27,705 nt of DNA from Limisphaerales bacterium (GCA_965657355.1 CBFHOE010000014.1:4312-32016); one strand, 5' to 3'. Positions 17,837-27,232 are shown, counted from the first letter of the stretch. Numbers and translations: made by a program. Notes: a model not told the origin generated them from the sequence alone.

Positions 17837-18760
17837 ATGAACTCAAATAAACTAAGAAGAGTGTTTCATGGGAGTTTTTTTCCCTACCTTTTATTTGCTG
17901 TTCTCACGGTCATATGGGGTAGCAACTTTATATTGATGAAAAAAGCGGGCATGGCATTTGGCCCGATAATGATAAGTTTCTCCAGAGTTTTTTTGGGGGC
18001 TTGCGTATTATGGGGCATGGTCTTTGCTACTAAAATCAAATGGCAATTTGAAACTCGAGACTTTATTGCCTTATTGATTCCCGTGTTGGTTGGCGCCGTT
18101 TTACCTTACAGTATTTTACCTTGGTTAATAGATAGAAACGGGAGCGGTTTAATTGGGATGATGATCGGATTGGTGCCGATCATGACGGTGATTGTATCCA
18201 TACCTATACTCAATCAATGGCCGGGTACGCTTAAAGTAATAGGAGTAACCGGTGGTTTTATATTTCTTATCGTATTAATGGGAGAATCAATACGTCATAA
18301 GGCTCAATTAACGGATATGATTTTAGCATCACTTGTTCCCCTTTGCTATGCAGTCGCCAACACTTATATAAAGAAAAGGTTCAAAGAGACTCCGCCACTT
18401 CTCTTGTCATGTACCGTTCTTACAATGAGTGCGTTTATCCTCTTTCCTTTAGTTTTTGTCTTACCCTGGCCAGTTATGAAAGATGAAGCGAATGCGAACT
18501 TATTAACAGCTATTATAGCTTTGTTTGCTAATGGTTTTTTAGCAACGGGTTTCGCCACGTTTGGGTTTTATTACCTCATCAGCAAAAGAGGTCCCCTATT
18601 TGCTGGTCTTGTTGCCTACCTCATACCCTTTGGGGCCATTATCTGGGGATGGCTGGATGGAGAAACAGTCACAAAAATTCAAATCATTTCGATATGCGGA
18701 ATCCTTGCAATGGTGGCCTTCATAGAATACGGAGCCAAAGAAGAAAAAATTTCAAATTGA
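17837..18760 (+). CDS. DMT/EamA-family transporter
   Basis: About 10 TM segments, IWGSNF, duplicated EamA pattern, YLIPFGAIIWGWLDGE. Confidence 0.88.
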   Translation: MNSNKLRRVFHGSFFPYLLFAVLTVIWGSNFILMKKAGMAFGPIMISFSRVFLGACVLWGMVFATKIKWQFETRDFIALLIPVLVGAVLPYSILPWLIDRNGSGLIGMMIGLVPIMTVIVSIPILNQWPGTLKVIGVTGGFIFLIVLMGESIRHKAQLTDMILASLVPLCYAVANTYIKKRFKETPPLLLSCTVLTMSAFILFPLVFVLPWPVMKDEANANLLTAIIALFANGFLATGFATFGFYYLISKRGPLFAGLVAYLIPFGAIIWGWLDGETVTKIQIISICGILAMVAFIEYGAKEEKISN

Positions 18761-18773
18761 ATACGTTGGAATG

Positions 18774-19526
18774 CTATGAGTATTTCCAACCCCTATCAAC
18801 CAAAAGCTCCTGCCCTGTCATGCCACGGCTTGTTTGACTCGCTAAAAACAAAATCACTTGAGCCACTTCGTCTGGCTGCATAAGGTCGGGAATGCATTGA
18901 AGAGATTTTATTCTTTTCTTTACTGAAGGTGTCACAAACATTTGAAGCTGGCGCTGTGTCATGACCCAGCCTGGGGAAACTGTATTCACCCTGATTCTCC
19001 TCGGTCCCAATTCCCGTGCTAATGATCTGGTTAATCCCTGGATACCCGCCTTGGTGGCTACGTAGGCTGACATTTCGGCCGGCCCCTCGTGAAAAGTCAA
19101 ACTAGAAAGATTAACGATAGATGCCCCCTCATCAAAAAACTTACCAGCCTCACGGATCACAAGAAAATATGAACGTAGATTGGTGTTTATTAAATTATCC
19201 CAGTCAGCAACAGAGGTTTTTTCGAGGGATATCCTGGGGTCTTTAGCTGCATTATTCACGAGAACGTCAATTCGATTATGAGCAGATCCTATGGATACAA
19301 TCCATTTAGATATTTGAGATTCACTTGTCAGATCTACTTTTGTGAAATAACAGTTTTTCACCCCCTTAAATTTTTGTCGTGCCGCTTTTGTATCAACATC
19401 ACAGAAATGCACAATGCCTCCCTGGGAAAGAAAACTTTTTACAGTCGCCTCACCAATTCCATTTGCACCACCGGTTATGACAATAACTTTACCCTCAAGG
19501 TCAGTGTAATTAGCAGAATTTTCCAT
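18774..19526 (-). CDS. Classical SDR oxidoreductase, D-xylose 1-dehydrogenase-like aldose dehydrogenase
   Basis: TGGANGIG, Asp after beta2 (FCDVD, suggesting NAD), VLVNNAA, YVATK (YxxxK), IRVNTVSPGWVMTQRQL, typical of the Caulobacter XylB-like subfamily. Start placed at MENSANY (19526) to avoid overlap with the upstream gene. Confidence 0.8.
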   Translation of the reverse strand: MENSANYTDLEGKVIVITGGANGIGEATVKSFLSQGGIVHFCDVDTKAARQKFKGVKNCYFTKVDLTSESQISKWIVSIGSAHNRIDVLVNNAAKDPRISLEKTSVADWDNLINTNLRSYFLVIREAGKFFDEGASIVNLSSLTFHEGPAEMSAYVATKAGIQGLTRSLARELGPRRIRVNTVSPGWVMTQRQLQMFVTPSVKKRIKSLQCIPDLMQPDEVAQVILFLASQTSRGMTGQELLVDRGWKYS

Positions 19527-19537
19527 TAATAAATTAT

Positions 19538-20449
19538 TTAGTTTCTTGGTCTGATGACAGTATGAATCGCAAAACGGCCAGACCACCGTTCTCCAGGTGC
19601 CAGTTCAGTAATACCATTTTTTGTATTCAATGCGTTTGGCAATGCAGACCATGGCTCCACACACAGGTATGGCAGAGTGGGGCCTGCAGACCAAATCGCA
19701 AGAGTATCAAAGTCTGGAGCTAATTTAAAATCTAATTCGAGCTTCATTCCGGAATAAACATCTTCAATTATGGCAGAGCGATTCTTCGGTTCGATATTGG
19801 TTTGAAAATAAGTATTGGATAGATTTTTTGCAGCAGGAACCAGGGGATTAGAATTTTGTTTTAGATTCCATTCTTCAATTGAGCCATTTGGTATGGCCTG
19901 TTTTCCTGGAGGAAGATTCACATAAAAATTTTCGGCCCCATTTGGAATTTTGAAATAAGGATGAAAACCCAGACTAAAAGGCATTTTTTGATCTGATTGG
20001 TTAAGAACGGATATTCTCCAATTCAAATTCTCTTGTTCAATCGAGTACTGGATCTCAGCCAGAAACTCAAACGGGTAGTTTTTTAAGGATTCTTTTGTAT
20101 GAGTTAATTGAAGTGTAATAAAATTTTTTTCGTGTGAAACTATCATCCATGGGGAGCAACGACCAAAACCATGTTGGGCCATGGAGAATGTGCGTCCACC
20201 ATAAGAATACAACCCAGGTTTACGATTTAGGGAGCAAGGGCCAGCTTGGGGAAATAATATCGGACTGCCGCAATGAATCTTGTTAGGCCATAACTCCAAT
20301 AGCTCTGGATCGGTATGAAATATATCGACAAGGTCGCCGTATTTATTTCTGATTTTGTAGCTAAACAACCAAGCTCCTAAATTAGGGATGACTTGAGCTT
20401 CGGATCCCCCCACGTCAGATTCAGCGATTTTGTAGATAGAGTTTCTCAT
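19538..20449 (-). CDS. Aldose 1-epimerase (mutarotase) family protein
   Basis: GSPILFP, QHGFGR, YPFEF, MPFSLGFHPYF, YLCVEPW. Confidence 0.9.
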   Translation of the reverse strand: MRNSIYKIAESDVGGSEAQVIPNLGAWLFSYKIRNKYGDLVDIFHTDPELLELWPNKIHCGSPILFPQAGPCSLNRKPGLYSYGGRTFSMAQHGFGRCSPWMIVSHEKNFITLQLTHTKESLKNYPFEFLAEIQYSIEQENLNWRISVLNQSDQKMPFSLGFHPYFKIPNGAENFYVNLPPGKQAIPNGSIEEWNLKQNSNPLVPAAKNLSNTYFQTNIEPKNRSAIIEDVYSGMKLELDFKLAPDFDTLAIWSAGPTLPYLCVEPWSALPNALNTKNGITELAPGERWSGRFAIHTVIRPRN

Positions 20450-20468
20450 ATCAGAATTGACAGATCGA

Positions 20469-23123
20469 CTATTGTTCTTTTTGCTTCTTCAAGTGCGAAA
20501 AAAAATCGAGTTGATCGGGGTCTTCAATCTCACGAAGAATACGTCTTTGGGACTTAACCGGCTTATCGCCAGTTGAGGTATCGGACACAGTCTCATTCAC
20601 CGGTGATAAGTCCGAACCTTCCAGGTTGTTTAGAATTTCTCGAGCACGATCCAGTACCGTATGCGGAATTCCTGCGAGGCGAGCAACCTGAATTCCATAG
20701 CTTTTATCAGTACCGCCGCGCACAATTTTCCTAATAAATATGACTTCGTCCTTATATTCCTTAACCTGAACATTGTAATTAACAACACGATCTAATCTTC
20801 CTGCAAGTTCTGTCAATTCGTGATAATGAGTCGCGAATAAGGTTTTAGCTCCAACTTGATTGTGAAGGAATTCGACAATAGACCAGGCAAGACTAAGGCC
20901 ATCAAACGTACTCGTCCCTCTTCCCAATTCGTCGAGAATGATCAAGCTATTTGATGTGGCATTATTCAAGATGTTAGCCGCCTCACTCATCTCGACCATA
21001 AATGTGCTTTGCCCTTTAGATAGATTGTCACTGGCACCAATACGCGTAAAGATTCTGTCAACAATATCTATACGAGCAGACGAAGCTGGAATAAATGAAC
21101 CGGTGTGAGCCATCAATACCAAAAGAGCAACTTGCCTTATATAGGTGCTTTTTCCGGCCATATTTGGGCCTGTGATAATAGCAATTTGTTCCTGCTCAAT
21201 GTCTAGCTTTGAATCATTCGGTACAAAAGGCTCATCGAGAATGGACTGGTCGATGACTGGATGTCTCCCATCAACTATATCAAGGTGCCCTTGATTTAAA
21301 ACTTCCGGGCAGCAGTAATTGTGGAGAAGGGCTTGTTCGGAGAAACTAGACAAAACATCTAGTTCAGCCAGAGCCTGAGCAGTGTTTTGAATCTCATTAA
21401 GATAATCTTTAACTCTATCCCTCAATTCATGAAAAATTTCCTGCTCTAATTTTACAGACCGCTCTTCGGAACCCAGGATTTTGTTTTCTATTTCTTTCAG
21501 CTCCGGTGTAATAAACCGTTCACCATTTGCAACTGTTTGTTTGCGATGGTATCGATCTGGAACTTTATCAATGTGAGTCCTGGTAACTTCGATAAAATAT
21601 CCGAAGACTTGATTATATTTGACTTTTAGGCTGGGTATTCCTGTTTCTTCGATTTCATTTTGTTGGAGATCAACAATCCATTGTTTACCATCTTTCGAAG
21701 CAGCTCGCAATTCATCCAGCTCTGTGTGATAGCCATCAGCAATAAAACCCCCATCTTTCAAAGTTGCCGAAGGTTCATTATTCAATGATTTTTCGAGGAG
21801 GTTGGACAATTCAGGTAATTCAGAGATTCGTTCCGCTAAAAGTGAGAGTAGATTCCCACTTGCTTTATTTTCTGAATCATTTGAGGAGGCATCATCCAGG
21901 TTTTCCACCTGAGAAATAGTCACCTGATCAGGCTCTGGATCGGGAAGAGAGGACAATTCCACAATAGATTTCTTAATACCCGGAAGCTGAATTAGGCCAC
22001 ATTTTAAAGCCACTAAATCTCGAGGCCCACCCCCGGAACCTTGGGTAAGTCGAGTAAGAACTCTCTCGAGATCGTTAATCTCTTTTAGTAAATTTCTGAA
22101 TTCAGCGAGTCGCTCTTGATGGTTGACCCATTTCCCAACGACTACCTGTCTTTGATTTATAGAGGTTATTTTTCTCAATGGTTGGGTCAACCAGTCGCGA
22201 AGCTTTCTGGCCCCCATCGGTGTGACTGTCTTGTTTAAAGCTTTAAACAAAGTGGGGTCCGGGGCATTTGCTCCTTGATCAATTATATAATGGCTGGGTT
22301 GTAATATCTCTAAATTTCTCAAAGAAATAACATCCAGGACGACTGTGTCTTGATGTTGTCTGTAATGAAGCTGGGTTAAATGCCCCACCTCCCGCCTTAA
22401 GTATATTTTTAAATAATGAAGCGCCGAGCCAGAGGCAATTATGGCATGGTCTTTGGCTTGCATACCAAATCCATCTAAATTAGTGACCTTGAAGTGTTCG
22501 AGAAGATGAAATTTCGAATGTTCAATATTAAAAACATAACTATCGTATGATTCCGCTTTGGTTCTCCAATCAGACAAGGAGGACTCAATTACAGGATCAT
22601 CCTCGGGATAAATTATCTCGGATGGCATTAATCGGTCCAATTCCGAGAGAACGGCGTGTATTGAATCAAATTCTGTCGCGCAAAATTCCGCTGTCGTCCA
22701 ATCAAGCCACGCTAAACCAAAATGATTGTTTTGGTGAAAAACAGAGACCAGGTAATTACTTTTTTCATCACTTAGTAATTTTTCATCAAAATGAGCCCCA
22801 GGCGAAAGTACTTGGGTTATTCTCCTGTCTACTAATTTTCCAGGTTTTGCTTCTTCTACCTGCTCGCAAATAGCTACTTTTTTTCCGGCCTTGAGAAGTC
22901 GCCCTATATAATTTGAAGCAGCATGAAATGGGATACCGCACATGGGCGTTGATCCGCGTTTGGTCAGTGCGACTCGTAAAATTTCAGCTCCATCCTTAGC
23001 GTCCTCGAAAAATAGTTCGTAAAAATCCCCCAGGCGAAACAAAAGCAAAGAACCCTCCGGGCTTTCCTTTTTTAACCGGTGGTACTGAGCCATCATTGGA
23101 GTTGACTTAGTAGATGATGCCAT
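20469..23123 (-). CDS. mutS: DNA mismatch repair protein MutS
   Basis: TPMMAQY, FRLGDFYELF, PMCGIP, Walker A GPNMAGKST, DELGRGTST, FATHYHEL, SYGIQVA, C-terminal beta-clamp-like motif QLDFF. Confidence 0.98.
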   Translation of the reverse strand: MASSTKSTPMMAQYHRLKKESPEGSLLLFRLGDFYELFFEDAKDGAEILRVALTKRGSTPMCGIPFHAASNYIGRLLKAGKKVAICEQVEEAKPGKLVDRRITQVLSPGAHFDEKLLSDEKSNYLVSVFHQNNHFGLAWLDWTTAEFCATEFDSIHAVLSELDRLMPSEIIYPEDDPVIESSLSDWRTKAESYDSYVFNIEHSKFHLLEHFKVTNLDGFGMQAKDHAIIASGSALHYLKIYLRREVGHLTQLHYRQHQDTVVLDVISLRNLEILQPSHYIIDQGANAPDPTLFKALNKTVTPMGARKLRDWLTQPLRKITSINQRQVVVGKWVNHQERLAEFRNLLKEINDLERVLTRLTQGSGGGPRDLVALKCGLIQLPGIKKSIVELSSLPDPEPDQVTISQVENLDDASSNDSENKASGNLLSLLAERISELPELSNLLEKSLNNEPSATLKDGGFIADGYHTELDELRAASKDGKQWIVDLQQNEIEETGIPSLKVKYNQVFGYFIEVTRTHIDKVPDRYHRKQTVANGERFITPELKEIENKILGSEERSVKLEQEIFHELRDRVKDYLNEIQNTAQALAELDVLSSFSEQALLHNYCCPEVLNQGHLDIVDGRHPVIDQSILDEPFVPNDSKLDIEQEQIAIITGPNMAGKSTYIRQVALLVLMAHTGSFIPASSARIDIVDRIFTRIGASDNLSKGQSTFMVEMSEAANILNNATSNSLIILDELGRGTSTFDGLSLAWSIVEFLHNQVGAKTLFATHYHELTELAGRLDRVVNYNVQVKEYKDEVIFIRKIVRGGTDKSYGIQVARLAGIPHTVLDRAREILNNLEGSDLSPVNETVSDTSTGDKPVKSQRRILREIEDPDQLDFFSHLKKQKEQ

Positions 23124-23197
23124 TCGGGCATATCTAAACCCGATTTCGCACCGGTTTCAACCTATTAGCACAAATGAAAATCGAAGGAATGCAGGAA

Positions 23198-24946
23198 TTA
23201 CTCAGATGCGACCTGGGCCCATGTTTTTCTGATCACAGAAATTAGCTGAGGTGTTCCAGGCGGCAGGCCATTTTCCTCCTCAAAGTTGCGGTCCAGATTG
23301 AATTCCCTCTCTGGGGCGTAGTAATAGTATCCGGGCCATCGAAACTGACTGTTGGAAATCTCACTTTCAAACATAGCTATCATGGATCCATTTATTGTGA
23401 GTTTTTGTTGACCAGAATGTTTCCAATCCTCAAGAAGCCTGGTGAGGTTGGGTACTCCACCGCTAAATCCATTCATTGGGGTTGCCCCATCGGAAGTTTC
23501 AACATTACCGGTCATAATGGCAGCGTTGACTGTCGTGGGGTTAGCTCTTCTAGCTCTGAAGTTTATGTTGCTTTTCTCATCTTCCCAAGCAGAGGAAAGA
23601 ACTGTAATCGCGTCGCATATTAAGGAAGCCGGCTCGGTATTCGCTGTATAGGACGTATTTAATCTTGCGGGGTCGGGTTGGTTGAAGTTGCCCTTGACGT
23701 ATAGTGGGTTCCTAGTCGCCAGAGTGAGGCCGCGAGAGGGCAATTGCTCCCCATTGACCAAGCGAACGGCAGCGATTTGGCTTTGAGAGACTGTCCTTTC
23801 ATCACTGACGTAAACGATGCTTGGAGGAACGCCTGCACCAAGTTTGCTGGTCACAAATGTATTTGTGGAGGCCCAGGTATTAAATTTGCTGATATCTATT
23901 TCTGTAGCCTTGACAAGCTTACCTTCTCTCTGGTCGCTAAAAGACTTAGAAGTATCTATAAAACTCTCGACCTGCTCCTCAGGAATAACTACTCCAGTTG
24001 AATCAAGCGAATTTTTGACAATGACAAGTGGGCCGCCGTCAGTGACACGGACGACAAGCTCAGCTTTATTATACATTCTCTGTTGACCTCTCCAGGATTG
24101 TGGATTTTCACCAGCGGGTGGCATTTCTATAATTTCCCGGATTTCCGTTGGGTCAGATTCAGGTGAAATGGGAACATTCAGAGCAGATACCGAAATCTCT
24201 TTTGTTCCATCAAAATTGACATCGCCAGTGAATTGTAGTTCCGAAAAGCCAATCCATTCTTTATTTTCATTTACTCCGACAGAGGTAACGTCACCTTGAA
24301 ATCTTAAATCATTACTGGATCCGGTATAAATATCAGCATTGCCGTGGACACGACCGGTTATGTCCATCTCAGCCGCCCAAGTAAATTCCATGAGATTATT
24401 GTAAAATAGGGCGAACTGGAATACTGGGATTTGGGTGAATTCAACTTCCTGCTGAATACCACCTTTGAGGTCGGGGTATAGCGAACCGGGCTCAGCCGCG
24501 AGCGCCACAATCCGATAAGTTGTAACGTGGCCATTCAAGCCCTCGTATTTCGAGGATAGTGATTTAAACGTGCTTGACTCTGCTTCTTCAACAGTGATTT
24601 TGCCGGAAAAACCTGACGCATCGTAAAAAGTGAAGTTGGTAAATGTCACACTGTCATTTACTTCTGGAGTAAAAACCTGGTAACTCGAAAGATTTGAATC
24701 TAATAGCGAGCTGCCAGATATTTTGTAATCCCTTATCATTCTGGAAAGAACCTTTTCGGTGGCCGCCTCGGCCATGGCTAAATTACGATTTAATTGGTTA
24801 TTCCTGTGATTTAGTGAAACGGCATTATCAGTGGTGTACATGAATGTCGCCATGGTCATCATAGTGATTCCGAGCACAAAAAGAACAAGCATTAGAGCAA
24901 AGCCTTTCTTTGAGCCCTTATTGCTATTTTTTGTGAAAATTTTCAT
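23198..24946 (-). CDS. Large PilX-like pseudopilin with extended C-terminal domain
   Basis: Class III signal KKG|FALMLVL lacking Glu+5 (a PilX/GspK trait), LAMAEAA helix motif, then about 450 aa of soluble domain (FQFALFY, GRVHGN, SGGVPNLTRLLEDW, YAPEREFNLD, LPPGTP). Confidence 0.75.
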   Translation of the reverse strand: MKIFTKNSNKGSKKGFALMLVLFVLGITMMTMATFMYTTDNAVSLNHRNNQLNRNLAMAEAATEKVLSRMIRDYKISGSSLLDSNLSSYQVFTPEVNDSVTFTNFTFYDASGFSGKITVEEAESSTFKSLSSKYEGLNGHVTTYRIVALAAEPGSLYPDLKGGIQQEVEFTQIPVFQFALFYNNLMEFTWAAEMDITGRVHGNADIYTGSSNDLRFQGDVTSVGVNENKEWIGFSELQFTGDVNFDGTKEISVSALNVPISPESDPTEIREIIEMPPAGENPQSWRGQQRMYNKAELVVRVTDGGPLVIVKNSLDSTGVVIPEEQVESFIDTSKSFSDQREGKLVKATEIDISKFNTWASTNTFVTSKLGAGVPPSIVYVSDERTVSQSQIAAVRLVNGEQLPSRGLTLATRNPLYVKGNFNQPDPARLNTSYTANTEPASLICDAITVLSSAWEDEKSNINFRARRANPTTVNAAIMTGNVETSDGATPMNGFSGGVPNLTRLLEDWKHSGQQKLTINGSMIAMFESEISNSQFRWPGYYYYAPEREFNLDRNFEEENGLPPGTPQLISVIRKTWAQVASE

Positions 24947-24977
24947 ACTAATTAAGTTTCGGGAATCGATAAGCCCT

Positions 24978-25586
24978 TTATTCGGCCATCCTGCGGGTCA
25001 CTTTTGTTGAGAGGCGAAAGTTATCAAATTGGGACGTCCCGTCCCCCATGAGCTCGCCGAAAACAACATCCTTCATTTCAAGGTGAATACCAAGGACATA
25101 AACTGAGGGATCATTTGTCAAAAGGTTGCCAACAAAATCTTCTTTTGAAAATGGAGTCGTATTAGTCACGGTTCCTATCAGGCGCGTGGAAGATAAATCA
25201 CCACTATTATGCCTTCGAAGAGTTTCATCTGCGGGATCTAAATAATAGATTGTGTAATTTGCTTGATTCGTAGTAGTGAACACACGGATAGCGTGAGCCA
25301 GTCTGTATGAATTATCCGTTATTGGGGTAAATGTCCCGGCGCTCCAAAGCCCCACCTCGACATTTTTGGCCTCTCGAATGTTGGGGACTATTTTACTTAG
25401 AAAGAATTGTGAATCTAAAGTATAGGAGAGTTTGCCTCCCACGAGTTCTGCAACCTTACCACCTTGACTTGCCGAAAATAAAAAGGCCATGAGCGCAATC
25501 GACATCACGCCAGTTGACATCATTATTTCAAGAAGTGTGTAAGCTGTGGACCTTTTATGATTACGTGTGGATAAGATGATTTTCAT
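24978..25586 (-). CDS. Prepilin-type N-terminal methylation domain protein (PilW/GspJ-like)
   Basis: MKIILSTRNHKRSTA|YTLLEIMM followed by a hydrophobic helix. Start at 25586 gives an ATGA overlap with the upstream stop. Confidence 0.8.
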   Translation of the reverse strand: MKIILSTRNHKRSTAYTLLEIMMSTGVMSIALMAFLFSASQGGKVAELVGGKLSYTLDSQFFLSKIVPNIREAKNVEVGLWSAGTFTPITDNSYRLAHAIRVFTTTNQANYTIYYLDPADETLRRHNSGDLSSTRLIGTVTNTTPFSKEDFVGNLLTNDPSVYVLGIHLEMKDVVFGELMGDGTSQFDNFRLSTKVTRRMAE

Positions 25587-26038
25587 TGGTCTGGGGCCCG
25601 GAGTGAGGTGATCGAATTTGTAAAAAGGTCTGCCCCACCGTTTAGAGACCAAACACAATCCACATTAATCATTTTATAAGGTGGGTTATCCGACACGGTT
25701 AGAATGGTAAAATAGTTAGTCCCGCGCGTTTCAACCTCTTCGTTCATACTGACATCCATTACCACACTGTAATTATCAAAGTTATCGATTATAAGTTCGT
25801 CGACTTCAGGAATTGCCACAGTATCCCATTTGGCCGCTCGAGTTTGTTCCAAACCTTGCTGAGCAATGGCAGACGCCGCAGTGGAGTAAACGGCGTAGTC
25901 AGCTCGCCGCGCCATTATTCCATACCCCAGAACGAGACCTGTGATAGCCATGCCGGAAAGACCGGTCGCTATGACCGCCTCAACCAATGTGAAAGCAGAC
26001 TCTTTTTGCTTTTTTGATAAGGAATTTAAAATAGTCAT
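25583..26038 (-). CDS. Prepilin-type N-terminal methylation domain protein (PilV/GspI-like)
   Basis: KKQKESA|FTLVEAVIA, hydrophobic helix, AIAQQGLEQTRA, C-terminal KMINVDCVW strand. Confidence 0.82.
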   Translation of the reverse strand: MTILNSLSKKQKESAFTLVEAVIATGLSGMAITGLVLGYGIMARRADYAVYSTAASAIAQQGLEQTRAAKWDTVAIPEVDELIIDNFDNYSVVMDVSMNEEVETRGTNYFTILTVSDNPPYKMINVDCVWSLNGGADLFTNSITSLRAPDQ

Positions 26039-26053
26039 TGGGTAAACTTTTGA

Positions 26054-26734
26054 CTAAATATTGGTACCAAGTTCTGGGATCACGGGTGGATTTTCAGCAT
26101 CTCCAAGGCTGGCGGTCATGATTAAGAGGTCGAGATGACGGCGCGTTTCATCAAAATCAATCTCAGAGGAGTTTAATATTAATTCGCATCCGCTTTCTCC
26201 TATTGGAAATATGCAATGCAAAATTTTAGTCCTCACTAAATTTTTTTTGTCATTATGAAAATATTTAAATGATGGCTGGGATTTTCCAAGGAATGAAAAA
26301 TTACCATCCGAGAGGGATTCACCATTTTTTTCGGCCATAGTTTTTACTGCTAGCACCCTTTTATCGAGCGAGACCTTCTCTAGTTCATCCTTGGTAAAAA
26401 AGCGAAAAATAAACCTGGCACCTGTTTTTTTTGAAATGAATAGGACCTGCTTTTCATTGGAGTCACTAGAGACCATGTAGCCATTTGGAAGAATAAAAGA
26501 CAGGAGATCCTCATTAATTTTTATCAATCCAGACTGGTAGGGAGGCAGATTGGCTGCGATCTCTTTGGTGAAGAGCTTCAAGGTAAAAAGCCCCCTTTTA
26601 GGGAGAGCTACCTGGGCGTTACAAAACGTGGGGATGAAAAAAATTGTGATTATTATTAATAATAATGCCTTCCTAAAAATACTGATCAAAAATCCTAATT
26701 GTTGAATGCTTCTCATAGCCATTTGCATACACAT
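26054..26734 (-). CDS. Hypothetical exported protein (start uncertain)
   Basis: 226-aa ORF with RK followed by hydrophobic ALLLIIITIFFIPTFCNA|Q signal-like segment. Ends 15 nt before the pilin cassette on the same strand. Confidence 0.65.
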   Translation of the reverse strand: MCMQMAMRSIQQLGFLISIFRKALLLIIITIFFIPTFCNAQVALPKRGLFTLKLFTKEIAANLPPYQSGLIKINEDLLSFILPNGYMVSSDSNEKQVLFISKKTGARFIFRFFTKDELEKVSLDKRVLAVKTMAEKNGESLSDGNFSFLGKSQPSFKYFHNDKKNLVRTKILHCIFPIGESGCELILNSSEIDFDETRRHLDLLIMTASLGDAENPPVIPELGTNI

Positions 26735-27232
26735 ATTTGTATACCGAATGGTCGAAATGATGGGAGTAAATGAACCCTAAAAATCCTGGCAACTGACTAG
26801 AAAGTTTTTTCTTCTTTCTTTAAGAAGTTCCCGATTGAAATTTGTTCTCATTTGACCAATGAACGGTGCGATTTGACCTACAGTAACTGCAATCAAGTCA
26901 GAATCACCCATATCCTTATCGGATCAATTCATTCTTTTTATAGAGAGATATTCAAAATTTGGGGGTTTAAGAGGCCCTGGCAATGGACAAAATCAAAGGA
27001 AGTTACTGAATATTAATTATTTAGGACAACTAGCTCCCTTGAATCAATCACCTGAAAACCAAACCAATAATATGAATTATCCAGTATGTCTTTGAATGGG
27101 TTTATATTTTGCCATGAGAATACAAGGCCCTGCCCTGGAGGCTAAGTCACGAATTTGCGATAGAAAAACCGATTTACAATTGATTTCGTAGTATTGCCTT
27201 AAACTTGGTCACAAGGTAAATTATTCCCTACG

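Noticed and set aside
20498..20505. T8 tract in the mutS clamp-binding motif as a phase-variable mutator switch
   Set aside because: A one-base slip would keep QLDFF and alter only the last few residues. Runs of 8 are common in this AT-rich DNA.
25566..25574. Perfect DnaA box (TGTGGATAA), suggesting oriC near parB
   Set aside because: A single copy inside coding sequence, with no cluster in any intergenic region.
27060..27232. Leucine attenuator leader peptide before leuC
   Set aside because: The short ORFs here are not Leu-rich and there is no terminator/antiterminator pair.
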